Source: a virus
Virus record (IMG/VR): IMGVR_UViG_3300017963_000025
Location: 21,382-85,381 of that record
DNA: 64,000 nt
Strand: one strand, 5' to 3'
Numbering within the stretch: the first letter of the stretch is position 1; every line of letters begins with the position of its first letter. This document shows, piece by piece, positions 1 to 10,382 of this stretch. A program made the position numbers and the translations under genes. Below the pieces are notes generated by a model that had not been told where the DNA came from, ran no database searches, and worked only from the letters and a program-made list of their open reading frames with translations.

Positions 1-2
1 AA

Positions 3-353
3 AAGGACAAATGGGGGAATGAGCTTGCATCCCGACACAACCTGTCCGTAAAAAAATCCAAGGTGCTGACCCTGGGCGGTCAGGCCGAATATCTCCGGGT
101 GAAACAGGAAATTCCGGAACGTCGTATCCGGCGCGGGGGCATCGACGATGTTGACCTGATTATGAAAGAGGCGAGAGCGGCGGGAATCATTACGGATGAA
201 AAATCAAAGGGGTGGAAATTTTGCGGGGAGCACATCAAAACGTTGGACGTTATATACGAGTTGTTGGCATCGAACGATCAATACCGACTGAAAACCCAGT
301 GCGATATCATTAAGTTCAGAAAAGACGAATTGAAAGCCGGGGTGACCGATTGA
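3..353 (+). CDS. RecA/UvsX-like recombinase, C-terminal part (5' truncated by window)
   Basis: Frame open from nt 3; VKKSKV..AEY, GIDDVDLIMKEARAAGII, GWKFCGEHI resembles the RecA C-terminal domain; followed by recombination nucleases. Confidence 0.5.
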   Translation, partial: KDKWGNELASRHNLSVKKSKVLTLGGQAEYLRVKQEIPERRIRRGGIDDVDLIMKEARAAGIITDEKSKGWKFCGEHIKTLDVIYELLASNDQYRLKTQCDIIKFRKDELKAGVTD

Positions 354-823
354 GATTATTTTGCAAAGAATGCGGGGGCGTGTTATACGGCTATCCACGA
401 CATTTTCATAAGGGCATGGATACTCTGTGCTCCCTCCGGTGTATGTGGAAGTGGGGGAAAACAAAACGAGTGGTGCCGGATATTCGTGTGCATCATTCCC
501 AGGAATTTGCCGAATTCCGTAGCCGATTTGAGATTATGTTTGCGGAATGGCTGACCGTCAACGGATTCCCTGTGATTTACGAACAGTATTTATTCAGGCT
601 TGGGGATCACGGATCATATACCCCGGATTTTTTTATCCCGGACGCGGGATTTGTGGAAGTCAAAGGCGTGTGGCATCCTGGGCAGCGTAAGAAAATGGAC
701 CGATTTATGGCGGAATATCCGGAAATTCCCATTGTATTGTTGCCGTGGCCGGTGAACATCCAACTATGTCCGCAAACGTTTGCGGACGACGGAGACGTGT
801 CCGATGTACGCAGAATTTTATGA
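350..823 (+). CDS. T7 endonuclease I-like PD-(D/E)XK nuclease with N-terminal Zn finger
   Basis: FRSRFE, YTPDF, FVEVKG motifs; CKEC..CSLRC. Confidence 0.75.
   Translation: MRLFCKECGGVLYGYPRHFHKGMDTLCSLRCMWKWGKTKRVVPDIRVHHSQEFAEFRSRFEIMFAEWLTVNGFPVIYEQYLFRLGDHGSYTPDFFIPDAGFVEVKGVWHPGQRKKMDRFMAEYPEIPIVLLPWPVNIQLCPQTFADDGDVSDVRRIL
769..786. repeat. 18-bp palindrome TCCGCAAACGTTTGCGGA copy 1
   Basis: Exact; within 3' end of 350-823. Confidence 0.95.
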
Positions 824-1775
824 TATGCTTGCTGACTGGCGATTGGGCCGTATCCCCGTTACGGAAGAGAGCAACACGATTGTTCCAAAAAATCCGACAA
901 GTCCGGATGCTCTTGCGGCGGATCGGACACGCCTGTTGGGTCTGGGACCGGACAATGATCAGGAATACGTCGGATTTCCACGGGCAAGCAGTATCCACGA
1001 TACCTGTATTCGCCATCATGTGATCGGATATAGGCACCGTATCCTCCGTTCGAATCGAAGTATCGGGTCAAATCTGAAACTGACATTTTTACAGGGGAGC
1101 GCCATCCACAAACTGGCGCAAAATACGAATGCGTTTTTCGGAGAGGATGAAAAAATCGGTAAGTGGAAATGTTTGGCGTGTGGGAAGACGCACCCGTTTG
1201 GGACGCACCCAGGCCAGTGTGATTATTGCGAAGCCGAAAAACCCGCAGTGACATACAAAGAGAATTACACCAAAATTGACCGACCCGGAAAATTTCAGGC
1301 CACCACCCACCAGGATATGTTTATTCGGGATACGGACGGGGCCATACGGGTGGTGGAATTTAAAACGATGGCCACGTCCACATTTCGGGATTTGGTGTCT
1401 CCGCTGGCGGCACATGAATGGCAGGTCATATTGACATCGACCATGGCGGCGGCGGACCTTGAATTGAGGAAGATTGAGCCGGTTTCCTGTGACTACGCCT
1501 ATATCCTGTACATTTCCAAGGGGCATCTGAAAGGCACGTTTCCATTGAAAATGTTTCGGGTGGACCGAACGGAAAAATTGTGGAGCAGGATTCGGGAAAA
1601 AGTCAGGCTGTTTGCTACCCATACGGCGGAAAAGACCCTGCCGGAACCACATCCGGAGTGTGTGTCATCCGGTTTTGACGCATGGCGGACCCGGATGTGT
1701 CCGTGCAAAAAAATGTGCCAAACATACAGAAATTACAATGATGGTGAAATTCCTGAGTGGGAGGGCGATACATGA
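804..1775 (+). CDS. Cas4-like/PD-(D/E)XK exonuclease
   Basis: ASSI..C.R, GSAIH, D...VVEFKT, WQV and C-terminal C..CPCKKMC cluster; ATG 804 with GGAG RBS. Confidence 0.7.
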   Translation: MYAEFYDMLADWRLGRIPVTEESNTIVPKNPTSPDALAADRTRLLGLGPDNDQEYVGFPRASSIHDTCIRHHVIGYRHRILRSNRSIGSNLKLTFLQGSAIHKLAQNTNAFFGEDEKIGKWKCLACGKTHPFGTHPGQCDYCEAEKPAVTYKENYTKIDRPGKFQATTHQDMFIRDTDGAIRVVEFKTMATSTFRDLVSPLAAHEWQVILTSTMAAADLELRKIEPVSCDYAYILYISKGHLKGTFPLKMFRVDRTEKLWSRIREKVRLFATHTAEKTLPEPHPECVSSGFDAWRTRMCPCKKMCQTYRNYNDGEIPEWEGDT

Positions 1776-2257
1776 TCTTGATTGGAGTTGATCCCGGTCT
1801 TGACGGGGCTATGGCTGTTTTGGCAGATGGAAAAGTTGTTTTTTTTGACACTCCCACCATCAACACAAAAAGCGGGAAAAGAAATAAGCGTGAATATAAC
1901 ATTGCTGAGATGGCACAGCGTCTTCGGAAACTGGACGATCCGGATATTAAAGTTTTAATCGCAATAGAAAAAATTCATGCAATGCCAAAGCAGGGAGTTT
2001 CATCCATGTTTAGCATGGGGTTCGGGTTTGGTATTTGGCAAGGAATACTTGCCGCGTATCAAATTCCCTATACGCTGGTTCCGCCGAAAATATGGAAAAA
2101 TAAAATTGTCGGTGTGGGGAAAGACAAGGAAGCATCTCGGCTAAAAGCAATTCAGTTGTTTCCGAAATGTGCCGAACAATTAAAGCGAAAAAAAGACCAT
2201 AATCGGGCCGAAGCCCTTTTAATTGCGGAATACACGCGACAAACACATCAATTATGA
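1772..2257 (+). CDS. RuvC-like Holliday junction resolvase
   Basis: IGVDPGLDG, IEK, QGVSSMFSMG, DHNRAEALLIA; ATGA overlap with upstream gene. Confidence 0.85.
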   Translation: MILIGVDPGLDGAMAVLADGKVVFFDTPTINTKSGKRNKREYNIAEMAQRLRKLDDPDIKVLIAIEKIHAMPKQGVSSMFSMGFGFGIWQGILAAYQIPYTLVPPKIWKNKIVGVGKDKEASRLKAIQLFPKCAEQLKRKKDHNRAEALLIAEYTRQTHQL

Positions 2258-2258
2258 A

Positions 2259-2276
2259 TCCGCAAACGTTTTCGGA
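2259..2276. repeat. 18-bp palindrome copy 2 (1 mismatch)
   Basis: 1 nt after RuvC stop, just upstream of -35. Confidence 0.85.
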
Positions 2277-2283
2277 TTTTCCA

Positions 2284-2312
2284 TTGACAATTTCCCAAAT
2301 AGGATGTATTAT
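2284..2312 (+). promoter_or_regulatory. sigma70-type promoter
   Basis: TTGACA-N17-TATTAT upstream of AAA ATPase. Confidence 0.7.
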
Positions 2313-2349
2313 AACAAATGTTTTTTTTCAATAATATATTTACGGGGGA

Positions 2350-3987
2350 ATGGGAATGAACCAAGTATCATTGGCACAATATTTGGCTGCGGGATATTCC
2401 GGTATTCATCTGAGAACGGATGATATTCATGAAGCACGGTGCTTCATCATCAATTCGCTAAAATCGGTCGAACTGGCCGAAGGTGACCGAAAGGTCACAA
2501 TGCTGGACCGAATGACGATTTATGAGTGGGAACCCCGTTTTGGGGGTGGAAGACTTGCCGAAATACCAAATGATTATGCAGACGGGGTGTATGACGATGA
2601 TGAATGGGAATCCGAGTCCAAAACAATTGACGATATGTTTATCGCTATGGAAGAGAAGGACCATGCCCTGTGTATCGTTAGGAATTCACGATCCTATTTG
2701 GAGGAAAGTCCGACCAATACCGCAACCAATGCTACGACTATTGCGGCGGCAACGGACGCACTGATTATGGCCAAAGATCGGGGGAGCGCGTTTGTATTTC
2801 TGGGCAGCATATTCAAACCAGCCCAAGAGATAGATTACCTGATTACCGTGGTGGATTCGCCCTACCCCACCCGTCGTGATATCCGAGACAAAGCGCGGGC
2901 CATGGCGGAAAGCGCGGAAATTGTCCCTGACAAAAGAGACAAACAGTACGCGACTTTTGAACGTAGCATTGCCGATGCCGCTATTGCCGGTTCCGGTATG
3001 AGTCACATGGCGGTTGAAAACGCACTGTCATTGTCCATTGCATTGACGGGGGCATTTGATCATCGTATCATCATGAACGAAAAATCCGCCGAAATCCGGA
3101 AATCCGACGTATTAGAATATTTTCCGGTGGATGAGGGATTGAAATATGTTGGTGGGATGGATTTGTTGAAAATGTATCTTTCGAAACGAAAAAACGCATT
3201 GGGAGAGGATGCGGAAAAATTCGGTATCCTTCCCCCGAAAGGCATTTTGTTGGCGGGTATTCCCGGCACCGGAAAAAGTTTGGTGGCGAAGGCCGTATCA
3301 TGTGAGTTTGGATGGCCATGCCTTCGGTTGGATATGGGGAAAGTGTTCCGGTCCTATGTCGGGCAATCCGAAGCGGCTATCCGAAATGCGCTACAAGTGG
3401 CAGAGGCGGTGTCTCCGTGTGTGTTGTTTATTGACGAAATTGAGAAATCCGTTGCCGGGGCCGGATCGGATACGGATTCCGGTACGAGTTCACGGGTGGT
3501 TTCCACGTTGCTCACATGGAGACAGGAAACCACGAAACCCGTTTTTCTGGCGTGTACGGCAAACAAGGTGAGCGCAATCCCCCCGGAATTGATGCGGCAT
3601 GGCAGGTTGGATGCTGTGTTTTTCACAGACACGCCAAACTATGCGGAGCGAGCGGAGATATTCAGAATTCATTTGGAAAAAAAACGGCGCGACCCTGACA
3701 TGTTCGACATTGCGGAATTGGCGGAACAATCGGCAGAGTTTATCGGGTCGGAGATTGAGCAATGCATTATGGATGCGTTATATTCGGCGTTCGACCAGAA
3801 AACCGAAATAACCACGGACCATATTCTCCGGGAAATCCTACAGACCAAACCCCTGTCTGTCAGGAATGCAGAGGAAGTCCGGTACATTCGGGAGTGGGGT
3901 ATGTCGCGTGCAAGGCCCGTGAGTTCGAAATATGACGGGGATAGATCAAGGAAAAAGGGGCGTGTGCTCCGAACAATAAAAAATTAA
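2350..3987 (+). CDS. AAA+ ATPase, Ycf46-like
   Basis: VGGMDLLK, GIPGTGKS (Walker A), LFIDEIEK (Walker B), TAN..PPELMRHGRLD. Confidence 0.9.
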   Translation: MGMNQVSLAQYLAAGYSGIHLRTDDIHEARCFIINSLKSVELAEGDRKVTMLDRMTIYEWEPRFGGGRLAEIPNDYADGVYDDDEWESESKTIDDMFIAMEEKDHALCIVRNSRSYLEESPTNTATNATTIAAATDALIMAKDRGSAFVFLGSIFKPAQEIDYLITVVDSPYPTRRDIRDKARAMAESAEIVPDKRDKQYATFERSIADAAIAGSGMSHMAVENALSLSIALTGAFDHRIIMNEKSAEIRKSDVLEYFPVDEGLKYVGGMDLLKMYLSKRKNALGEDAEKFGILPPKGILLAGIPGTGKSLVAKAVSCEFGWPCLRLDMGKVFRSYVGQSEAAIRNALQVAEAVSPCVLFIDEIEKSVAGAGSDTDSGTSSRVVSTLLTWRQETTKPVFLACTANKVSAIPPELMRHGRLDAVFFTDTPNYAERAEIFRIHLEKKRRDPDMFDIAELAEQSAEFIGSEIEQCIMDALYSAFDQKTEITTDHILREILQTKPLSVRNAEEVRYIREWGMSRARPVSSKYDGDRSRKKGRVLRTIKN

Positions 3988-4005
3988 CAAGAGAGGAATA
4001 ATTCC

Positions 4006-4968
4006 ATGGCAAAAGCAAAACTTGAAACAAAAACGAATGTGGGGCAGAGTACGATCAGCAAAACCGCGAGATCCCTGTACGATGCGATTATTAGTGCGGA
4101 CAGTGTGATTGATGATTCGTTTGTGTCTTTGGCAGAAAATCTCCACAAGTTCAGTTCGATGGAATACTACCAACAATTCGGGTATTCCAGATTCACAGAG
4201 TTTGCGGAGAAAGAGGTACGGATCGGTTCCCGGAAATCCGAATACATGGTGAAAATATGGAATTTCGTCAAGGATTGTGGTATTCCTACGAAAGAAGTAA
4301 AAAAACTCGGATGGTCAAAGATGAAAGAGGTGGCGCGGGTGGCATCCGTTGAAACCGCAAAGGCGTGGATGGAAAAAGCAAAAATGATGTCCACGCGGGA
4401 TTTAATCGCGGAGGTGAAAAAACACAAAAATCCGTCAAAACCGGGAGATGAAAACGGAAGCACGACCGAGTTTAAATTCACTGTGGACACGGACGAATCC
4501 ACCATTGTCACGGATGCCACTAATTTGGCGAAGACACTCGGAGCGAAAACGGATGCGGATGCCATGCTGGTGATTTGTCAAGAGTGGATGGAGTTCAAGG
4601 GGGAAAGTCCGGTCATCACGCCACTGGATACAATGCTTAAATACATGGCAGCTAATTACGGCGTGATCCTGACGGTTGCGGAACAACCTGAATCTGCGGA
4701 GGTGGCGGCGGAAAAAGAATCAAAAGAATCGGCAAAGAGAAAAGAAACAAAAAAGAAAACAAAACCGGATGCAAAGCCGAAAAAATCCAGAAAAATCGTG
4801 AAGACCGTTCCACCGCCGGATACAAGCTATAGCCCGGAAAGGGAACTGGACCGTATTATCGGAACCGAACCTCCTCCCCCGGAATTTGATTCGTTGGAAT
4901 CAATTATGGCTGGTAGTGCGAAGGAAAAAGGAACGGATGATTTCGATTTGGACGCATTTCTGGGGTAA
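4006..4968 (+). CDS. hypothetical protein, possibly DNA-binding (helical N-terminal domain, Lys-rich linker, acidic tail)
   Basis: Strong RBS GAGG; YYQQFGYSRFTEFAEKE..IGSRKSEY; C-terminus DDFDLDAFLG. Confidence 0.6.
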   Translation: MAKAKLETKTNVGQSTISKTARSLYDAIISADSVIDDSFVSLAENLHKFSSMEYYQQFGYSRFTEFAEKEVRIGSRKSEYMVKIWNFVKDCGIPTKEVKKLGWSKMKEVARVASVETAKAWMEKAKMMSTRDLIAEVKKHKNPSKPGDENGSTTEFKFTVDTDESTIVTDATNLAKTLGAKTDADAMLVICQEWMEFKGESPVITPLDTMLKYMAANYGVILTVAEQPESAEVAAEKESKESAKRKETKKKTKPDAKPKKSRKIVKTVPPPDTSYSPERELDRIIGTEPPPPEFDSLESIMAGSAKEKGTDDFDLDAFLG

Positions 4969-4971
4969 TTA

Positions 4972-5886
4972 ATGGATACGATTCCGTTTGAAAAAATGCC
5001 TGTTTGGTTGGTGAGGAATGGTGTCCGCACCGGATTAAGATATGCAATTCGTCAATCGGATTGGACCTTGGCGCGGACCTGCCTCGAAAAAATATTGCCA
5101 GATGATGGTATGTCATGGCTACAATGGAATATTCCCATTGCCATTGCCCATGATGCTTGTCATCTCATTCCGTTGATTGCCAAAGTTGATCATGCGGACG
5201 CAGATACATTTAGAAAATTGGTGGCAACGATTACGTTGTCCCCAAAAAATCAGGATGCCTATTCCCTGTCCGTGAGCAGCCCGTTTGAAGAACAGATGCC
5301 AATTGAAACTGAGCAAACCCTGTATTGGATTAGCCGGGGCTATTTTGTACATGAAAGATTGCGAGAGTGGGCAGTTGGGAAAGGGTGTGCCGAGGATGTT
5401 CTTGACCCGATCAATCGTCGTGTGGCTATGGGCGGACGCGCTGAGGACACCAAGACGTTTGTGGCGTGTCATGTGATTCTGGCAAACCGGGAGGTTGAGT
5501 CTCCCCGACTTGGTAAACCAGTGGTTTACCAATTATCTGATGAGTTGCCCTTGGTTTGTTTTGGCCCTGAAGGTCAGGTCGGCCGAGATATTGAGCGTCG
5601 GTTCGAGAAAACGTGTCTGTATAAATACGATATGGATATGATTCATATAATTCGGCTATGGCGTGAATTCATGTATGAGAGGGTACCATTAACGAAACTG
5701 CATCCGGATAGCCGCTACTATAGGAAACGGCTTGAAACGAACACAATATATCAGGATTATTCGGCCCATGATATGTGGGCGTTATGGAAAAAATCATTAA
5801 AACATGATATAACAGAGTGTATTCGATATGTAATTGAAGAGGAGATAAGACAATGGAATTTGTCGGTCCCGTCGCAAAGGCCCTAA
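4972..5886 (+). CDS. hypothetical protein
   Basis: 304-aa ORF tightly packed in operon. Confidence 0.6.
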   Translation: MDTIPFEKMPVWLVRNGVRTGLRYAIRQSDWTLARTCLEKILPDDGMSWLQWNIPIAIAHDACHLIPLIAKVDHADADTFRKLVATITLSPKNQDAYSLSVSSPFEEQMPIETEQTLYWISRGYFVHERLREWAVGKGCAEDVLDPINRRVAMGGRAEDTKTFVACHVILANREVESPRLGKPVVYQLSDELPLVCFGPEGQVGRDIERRFEKTCLYKYDMDMIHIIRLWREFMYERVPLTKLHPDSRYYRKRLETNTIYQDYSAHDMWALWKKSLKHDITECIRYVIEEEIRQWNLSVPSQRP

Positions 5887-6797
5887 AGAAGGACAACGGA
5901 AAAGTGTTCCCCGGTATTCGGTGGGAACACCAGGAGCAAGTCAAATTGCCAATCCGGTTGCTATACTATAATGGTTGGAACCCAAATGAAATGACTGAAA
6001 GCGAGTTTAACGCGCTATCCGGAAACGTGGACGAAGTGGCTATGCTTGACCCCGTGTTGGTCGTGCCGTGGACTACTACCGAACAACAGGTAGAAATCGA
6101 GGATCGTCTTTATACAGCGGATCATGGGCAGGTGGTGACAGACTGTGGAGAGGTGGTGTTCCGTGTCGTGGACGGGGAACACCGAACCGAACAGCAACGG
6201 ATTGCGGATGCGGAGTATATTCCCTGTATCATCGGACATCCGGAACGGTTGGACGAATTCATGCAGAAAAAACAGACCATGCGTATGAACATGATCCGGG
6301 GAAAACTGAACCGGAAAAAGTTCAATGCCCTGGTTGAGGATTTCATAAACAACTACGGGACGGACATGGATGCGTTGCCGGATGAACTTGGGTTTTCGGA
6401 TTCAAAGGAATTCTATCGCATGATTGACGTGGCGCGGGAATCCCTGCCGGAAGACCTTCAGAAAGAATTTGACCGGGTGAAGGACGGTATCACAAACATT
6501 GATGATCTGGGTGCGGTGATCAATCGGTTGTTTTCCGAGTTTGGTGACACCGTACCTGCGAACTATATGATTTTGGATTTCGGAGGCAAGGACCATATCT
6601 GGGTCAAAATATCAGTGGGGAAGTTTGACACCATGCGCCGGGTGGCGGATGACATTCGAAAGCACGGGCATACGTTTGATTCCATGATCTGTCATATTTT
6701 GGAACATCTGAATATCGAAAAATATGTCGAGCGTTATGGGGGTCAGTTGGAATTGATCGAATCACATCCGCAAACGTTTGCGGACGAGGAGGATTGA
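5853..6797 (+). CDS. ParB/Srx N-terminal domain protein
   Basis: WNPNEM..EFNAL, MLDPVLV, VVDGEHR ParB box-II-like motif. Confidence 0.8.
   Translation: MEFVGPVAKALKKDNGKVFPGIRWEHQEQVKLPIRLLYYNGWNPNEMTESEFNALSGNVDEVAMLDPVLVVPWTTTEQQVEIEDRLYTADHGQVVTDCGEVVFRVVDGEHRTEQQRIADAEYIPCIIGHPERLDEFMQKKQTMRMNMIRGKLNRKKFNALVEDFINNYGTDMDALPDELGFSDSKEFYRMIDVARESLPEDLQKEFDRVKDGITNIDDLGAVINRLFSEFGDTVPANYMILDFGGKDHIWVKISVGKFDTMRRVADDIRKHGHTFDSMICHILEHLNIEKYVERYGGQLELIESHPQTFADEED
6767..6784. repeat. 18-bp palindrome copy 3
   Basis: Exact; within last codons of ParB-like gene. Confidence 0.95.
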
Positions 6798-6799
6798 CT

Positions 6800-6952
6800 A
6801 TGGCGTGGGTCGTGAAATGGAAGAGCAAAAAAACAAATATGTCCGGTTCCGCAGGGACATTTCAAGAAAAAGCGGCGGCAAATGATCACGCAAAAAATTT
6901 GAATCGGGATCATAAAGAATTCCACCATTGGGTGGAAAAAATTAAAAAATAA
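6800..6952 (+). CDS. small hypothetical protein (50 aa)
   Basis: RBS GAGGAGG; MAWVVKWKSKK...; fills gap between ParB and next gene. Confidence 0.55.
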   Translation: MAWVVKWKSKKTNMSGSAGTFQEKAAANDHAKNLNRDHKEFHHWVEKIKK

Positions 6953-6970
6953 CACAAGCGGAGGGGAAAC

Positions 6971-7183
6971 GTGATTGATTTTGGAATAGGTGATAAAAAG
7001 AAAGTGTCAAGAATATGCTCCGGGTGCGGCTTGCCCATTGAGGAGAGCAAACAGATTAAGGGGTTGCCGAGAAACAAGTGTTTTGTGTGCCAATCATTCG
7101 AATCATACAGCGGACACGAAAAACCACCGTTTTCGTTCAAAATCCCCCGTTTTTGGAAGAGCGAAAAAGATGAAATTAAATGA
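6971..7183 (+). CDS. small Zn-ribbon protein
   Basis: CSGC..CFVC; RBS GGAGG. Confidence 0.5.
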   Translation: MIDFGIGDKKKVSRICSGCGLPIEESKQIKGLPRNKCFVCQSFESYSGHEKPPFSFKIPRFWKSEKDEIK

Positions 7184-7895
7184 GAAATCCGCCACCATGT
7201 CCGGCAGCAAGGGGGTCATGAAACAACTACGGGAGTACGTATCCCCGGCTGGAAAGAAAGCGTCATGGATGCGTCACCTGAATGACCGGCAGTTGGCGGA
7301 AGTATACCATCGCCTGAAAATGGGACAATCCCCCTATCGGATTGCGAGGATTGTACAGGATGATTGGGGAATGTGTACAAAGTCGGAAGCCCGATCTGTT
7401 GCGCGGACAATCACCAAATTTAAGCATGACATCATCGGTGATATTTCATGTGTCAAAGACCCGAAGACCAAGGAGTGCAAGGATAGTCGCAATGTTAAAA
7501 TTCGTGCCAAGCGGGTGGTTGAAAAGCTGGATACGGTCGGACGCCTCCGCTGGCTTACCGAGGTGCAGACAGACCGGGTGGAAATGTGGGTGGAAAAAGA
7601 GAAGATCACCGGCATCCCCTTGGCACGAACGGACGAGGCAGTAAGAACCTTGGCCGGGTTATTACGGGATTTGAATGATCTGCAAATCAAGTTGGGGTTG
7701 TTGGATGCCCGTGAACCCCAGATCGGGGTTCATATCCAACAGGTGTTCAACAATGTACTTCCCACCGAGACGGCGGAAAGCCTGGGAATGATCAATGCTA
7801 CCAACAAATTCATTGACATGCTGAAATCGGATGATTCCGTGATTGACATACCTGTGGAAGATATCAAGACAACCAGTAATGCGGAGGGGGAGTAA
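7170..7895 (+). CDS. putative terminase small subunit
   Basis: HTH-like N-terminus, helical core, directly upstream of TerL. Confidence 0.6.
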   Translation: MKLNEKSATMSGSKGVMKQLREYVSPAGKKASWMRHLNDRQLAEVYHRLKMGQSPYRIARIVQDDWGMCTKSEARSVARTITKFKHDIIGDISCVKDPKTKECKDSRNVKIRAKRVVEKLDTVGRLRWLTEVQTDRVEMWVEKEKITGIPLARTDEAVRTLAGLLRDLNDLQIKLGLLDAREPQIGVHIQQVFNNVLPTETAESLGMINATNKFIDMLKSDDSVIDIPVEDIKTTSNAEGE

Positions 7896-7898
7896 TCG

Positions 7899-9947
7899 GT
7901 GGAATTGATCCAACGGAACCGGTGTATTGATATGATTCGGAACATGGGGACGGATGCGGGGCTGTCCCCCCGAAACATGATTATCCTTACGTCCATGGTG
8001 GAATCCGTGCCGTTTGTTAAGCATGACAGTGAGGAGTACTGCCAGTTAAACGATATCATGAGCTTCGCACAGAATTTCCGGGATGCGGTTAAACATAGTG
8101 ATTCCAGCTTTCTCCACCGGAAACGTGGATTGAAATACAAGATCGTTGATTTTGAGGAGTTTGCCGAATCACGGGAATACCTTGACCAAAAGGCAAGCAT
8201 CCGACCGCGTATCAAACAAGAATTGATGCGGTTGTTTAATCCCGCCAATGATTTTATTGAGGTGGTGCTCGGCGGGGCCATTGGGGTGGGGAAAAACTAT
8301 TTTAACGATTTGGCAATGGCCTACATGCTGTACAGGCTCAGTTGTTACCACGACCCGCAACTTGAATTCGGCTTGGCCCCCGGTTCCTCCATGATTTTTA
8401 TCATGCAGTCGAAAAGTGAAAAGCTGGCGAAGAAGGTCATTTTTGATCAGTTTGCAAGCAAATTGGCACGGTCCCCCTATTTCACCAAGCTGTTTCCGTA
8501 TGACAAAAATGTCAAATCCGAAATGCGGTTTCCGAATCAGATATCCGTGCTCCCTGTCGGAGGTAACGAAACCGCCGCGCTCGGGATGAATGTTTGGAGC
8601 GCGTCCATTGACGAAATGAATTTCATGACACGCACCACGGACAGTATGCATGTACGGTTTAGCAATGAGAGTGAATATGACCAAGCGCAAGTGTTGTACA
8701 ACCACCTGATCCGGCGAATGTACGCACGGTTCCAGGAATTCGGAAAAATACCCGGAAAGCTGATTCTGATTTCTTCCACCAATTACGAGGGGGATTTCAT
8801 TTCCCGAAAAATCGAGGAAGCGCAAACCGACGATAGTATTTTTGTGATGAGTCTGGCGCAATGGGAATCGGTTCCCGCCGAAAAGTATTGCGGTGAAAAG
8901 TTCTTGGTGGAGGTTGGGAATACCCGAAAACGAACCCGCATTGTCAATTCCAAGGAGGAAGCAGTGGACCCGGACGACGTGGTGGAGGTGCCGGTGGAAT
9001 ACCGGAAACAATTCGAAACCGATCCGGAAGGGTCCATGCGTGACCTGGGGGGTCGTGCGGTGGCGGGAAAAAACAAATTCATCCCATTCCGTGAACAGAT
9101 TGAGGAGTGTTTTCAAAAATACGAGGAAGCGACCGGGGGTCGCACGTTGTTCCGGTATCCCATCGTGGACTTTTCTCAGATATTGGACATGGACCGACCG
9201 GATTTTTCGGAGATTGTGGATTTGGAATACATTCGTGATTTTATCCTTGATCCCGCCCAGGTATTCGCAATCCATGGCGACCCCGGACTGACGGGGGATG
9301 TGTTCGGCCTCAGTGTGGGGCGGATTGTCGGATATGTATTTAGTCAATTCAGTGCTCCTCCATATGAATTCGAACCCCATGAACAAGAATTGGCGGAAAT
9401 GCATCAGCGTATCACATCCGGCCAACCTATCCGATTACCTATTTTTATGATTGACGGATTGATGGGGATTGCCGCGCCACACAACGACGAAGTGGACTTT
9501 GACACCGTGCGTGATCTGGTGTTGTTCCTGAAACGGCATGTTAATATTCAGTGGGCCACTGCGGATACTTATCAAAGCGCGAATATGATTCAGGGGTTTA
9601 GGCGGGCGGGGATTCGATCCGGTCCCCTCTCCGTAGACGGAACAAAGGGAGCGGTGAAATATTTGGATTTGAAATACGCGCTGAAAGATACACGGGTGTG
9701 GCTGCCGCGTATTCCGTTGGTACAAAAAGAACTGACCGAACTGATTCGAAAACCGGACGGGAGTATTGACCATCCCCGTGGCGGTTCGAAGGATTTGGCG
9801 GATGGCGTATGTGGTACGACCCATATTCTATTCCGAAAAGAGGCGGTCAAGGATATGAGACAACGACGACCACGGGGAAACCGACCGATTTCGCGCCGAC
9901 CCACGCGTAAGTTAAGGGGTCGGCGGAAAATCAGACGTATTCTATAG
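7899..9947 (+). CDS. terL: terminase large subunit
   Basis: GAIGVGKN Walker A, SIDEMNF Walker B, HGDPGLTGD and DHPRGGSKDLADGV RNase H-like nuclease motifs. Confidence 0.9.
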   Translation: MELIQRNRCIDMIRNMGTDAGLSPRNMIILTSMVESVPFVKHDSEEYCQLNDIMSFAQNFRDAVKHSDSSFLHRKRGLKYKIVDFEEFAESREYLDQKASIRPRIKQELMRLFNPANDFIEVVLGGAIGVGKNYFNDLAMAYMLYRLSCYHDPQLEFGLAPGSSMIFIMQSKSEKLAKKVIFDQFASKLARSPYFTKLFPYDKNVKSEMRFPNQISVLPVGGNETAALGMNVWSASIDEMNFMTRTTDSMHVRFSNESEYDQAQVLYNHLIRRMYARFQEFGKIPGKLILISSTNYEGDFISRKIEEAQTDDSIFVMSLAQWESVPAEKYCGEKFLVEVGNTRKRTRIVNSKEEAVDPDDVVEVPVEYRKQFETDPEGSMRDLGGRAVAGKNKFIPFREQIEECFQKYEEATGGRTLFRYPIVDFSQILDMDRPDFSEIVDLEYIRDFILDPAQVFAIHGDPGLTGDVFGLSVGRIVGYVFSQFSAPPYEFEPHEQELAEMHQRITSGQPIRLPIFMIDGLMGIAAPHNDEVDFDTVRDLVLFLKRHVNIQWATADTYQSANMIQGFRRAGIRSGPLSVDGTKGAVKYLDLKYALKDTRVWLPRIPLVQKELTELIRKPDGSIDHPRGGSKDLADGVCGTTHILFRKEAVKDMRQRRPRGNRPISRRPTRKLRGRRKIRRIL

Positions 9948-9983
9948 TGGACAGACGAAACGTAGGTGAAAGGAATTAGAACA

Positions 9984-10382
9984 ATGACACTGAGGGATAT
10001 TGTGAAAGCATGTGAGTGGAAAAGAAGGATGATCCATGACCATCCTGAGCCATACCAGATGGTAGTAACAGGATTGCAAGTTGGAAATACGAAAGGGAAT
10101 ATTGTTTGGGAAAAATACGTCGGATACGTTGTTCAAGTCAGAAAAAAAGCCGGGGCGTTCGGGTCGGATATGGTGTTTATTCGCCATCCGGACGGGTCTT
10201 TGACGACTCATGAAAACCAATCCTACTGTGGCTTGTCACCAGAAATTATCGAAGAAATAAAGAAACTGTATCCGGATGGAATGATAGAAGAGGATATGGA
10301 ATACGACGGGCCGTATTCCATAAACGGAAAACACCCAAGAGTTGGAAAAATTATTGAGCCGGAAAATGGGTATTATACATAA
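9984..10382 (+). CDS. hypothetical phage protein
   Basis: 132-aa ORF with RBS. Confidence 0.55.
   Translation: MTLRDIVKACEWKRRMIHDHPEPYQMVVTGLQVGNTKGNIVWEKYVGYVVQVRKKAGAFGSDMVFIRHPDGSLTTHENQSYCGLSPEIIEEIKKLYPDGMIEEDMEYDGPYSINGKHPRVGKIIEPENGYYT

Noticed and set aside
8169-9425. 418-aa antisense ORF and similar long shadow ORFs (42581, 45609, 49305, 59220)
   Set aside because: They overlap well-supported genes, have no recognisable motifs, and are expected from codon bias.
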